From Octopus sinensis (Eukaryota): a DNA stretch of 34,443 nt. Positions 33,170 through 34,443 of the stretch are shown here, one piece after another (within the stretch, counting starts at the first letter, position 1; every line of letters begins with the position of its first letter). Below the pieces are notes generated by a model, which saw only the letters and a program-made list of their open reading frames with translations, ran no database searches and was not told the DNA's origin. The stretch is taken from assembly GCF_006345805.1 (NCBI RefSeq), contig NW_021832781.1, positions 1 to 34,443 on the forward strand. Reading direction: 5' to 3'. The position numbers and the translations under genes were made by a program.

Positions 33170-33236
<67 letters not shown>

Positions 33237-33255
33237 TATATTATATAATATATAT

Positions 33256-33333
<78 letters not shown>

Positions 33334-33460
33334 TATATATAATATATATATATATATTATATTATATATATTATATATATATATATATTATATATATATA
33401 TATATATATAATATATATATATATTATATATATATATATATATTATATATATATATATAT
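33170..33460. repeat. (TA)n microsatellite
   Basis: Direct reading. Confidence 0.95.
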
Positions 33461-33469
33461 ATGCGTTAC

Positions 33470-33757
33470 GGAGGCGCAATGGCCTAGTGGTTAGGGCAAG
33501 CGGACTCGCGGTCGTAGGATCGCGGTTCGATTCCCAGACCGGGGCGTTGTGAGTCTTTATTGAGCGAAAACACCTAAAAGCTCCACGACGCTCCGGCAGA
33601 GGGTGGTGATCCCTGCTGTACTCTTTCACCACTCTTTCTCCCACTCTTTCTTCTGTTGGCCTGCTCGCTTAGCCAGCGGGGTGGCGTCATTCGAACGCAT
33701 TGTGACCAGCGATGTGTAACTACATCTGATGGACTGGTCGGTCACGTGATGATGGTG
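33470..33757 (+). mobile_element. tRNA-derived SINE, same head/body as 4652-5032 but a different tail (T3)
   Basis: A box tggcctagtgg and B box ggttcgattccc. 13-bp TSD atatatgcgttac at 33457-33469 and 33758-33770. Confidence 0.92.
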
Positions 33758-33794
33758 ATATATGCGTTACATATGTATGCATAAATAAGTATAA

Positions 33795-33825
<31 letters not shown>

Positions 33826-33851
33826 CATACATAAATACATACACACATATA

Positions 33852-34443
33852 CAGGGGTTGGACAAAATAATGAAAACGCCTTAAGATTTCAAGCAAATTT
33901 ATTTTAATATGGGGTAGGGCCGCCTTTGACAGAAATTACAGCTTGAATCCTACGTACAAAGTTTGAATTGTTTCCAAAGGAATGTTTGTCCATTCCTCAG
34001 CTAAAACAGATTCCAGTTCTTGTAGTGATGATGGTGGAGCATATCGACTCCTTACTTTTCTAAAATGCGCAATAAATGTTCAATAATATTAATATTTGGG
34101 GACTGTGGTGGCTAGATAAGATGTTCAACTTCACTAGAATGTTTCCTCGTGCCATTCAGAAACAACTTTAGCTGTGTGAGTTGGTGCATTATCATTCTGA
34201 AAGATTGCGTTTCCCTTCGGAAACTGTTCCGCAACCATAGGATGAATTTGATGAGATAAAATGCTTAAATAGTCTTGACCATTAATTCTACCATGAAGGG
34301 AAACCATTGGGAAACCATATTTCTTTTGGCTGTTTTCACACGTATACTCAGCAGGTGGTTGAAACTAAAGTAAAGGATGACTCATCAGAGAAAATAACAT
34401 TCTTCCACTGCTCTAGGGACTAATTTTGTAGGCTTTTACTCCA
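33852..34443 (-). pseudogene. Tc1 DDE transposase remnant with right terminus, running off the window end
   Basis: TA|cagggg end. Minus strand reads SLEQWKNVIFSDESSFTL...GNAIFQNDNAPTHTAKVV...*PPQSPNINIIEHL, i.e. the three catalytic motifs with stops, frameshifts and a deletion. Confidence 0.9.

Overview
This is a eukaryotic non-coding window with no recognisable host protein-coding gene, rRNA, true tRNA or CRISPR array. It is AT-rich and consists almost entirely of microsatellites and transposable-element remnants. The repeat families resemble those I recall from octopus genomes, so cephalopod intron or intergenic DNA is my inference, not a search result. Contents: at least 5 tRNA-derived SINE types (about 30 copies or units, several with 12-15 bp target-site duplications, TSDs), three mariner and two Tc1 transposase remnants, 3' ends of a CR1/L2-like LINE and an R4/Dong-like LINE, a decayed RTE-like fragment, a Helitron-like non-autonomous element, two copies of an unclassified ~550 bp element embedded in (AAT)n, and Penelope-type minimal hammerhead ribozyme motifs. 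Nearly all ORFs in the supplied track are microsatellite artefacts. The best leads are: (1) a SINE subfamily forming head-to-tail concatemers with an invariant junction inside its own tRNA head, with solo insertions also favouring GGT/GGTATTTC; (2) the (AAT)n-embedded ~550 bp element; (3) the hammerhead motifs; (4) head/body/tail module swapping among SINE families. Family labels A, B, C are mine. Repeat boundaries were read by eye and are approximate unless a TSD is given.
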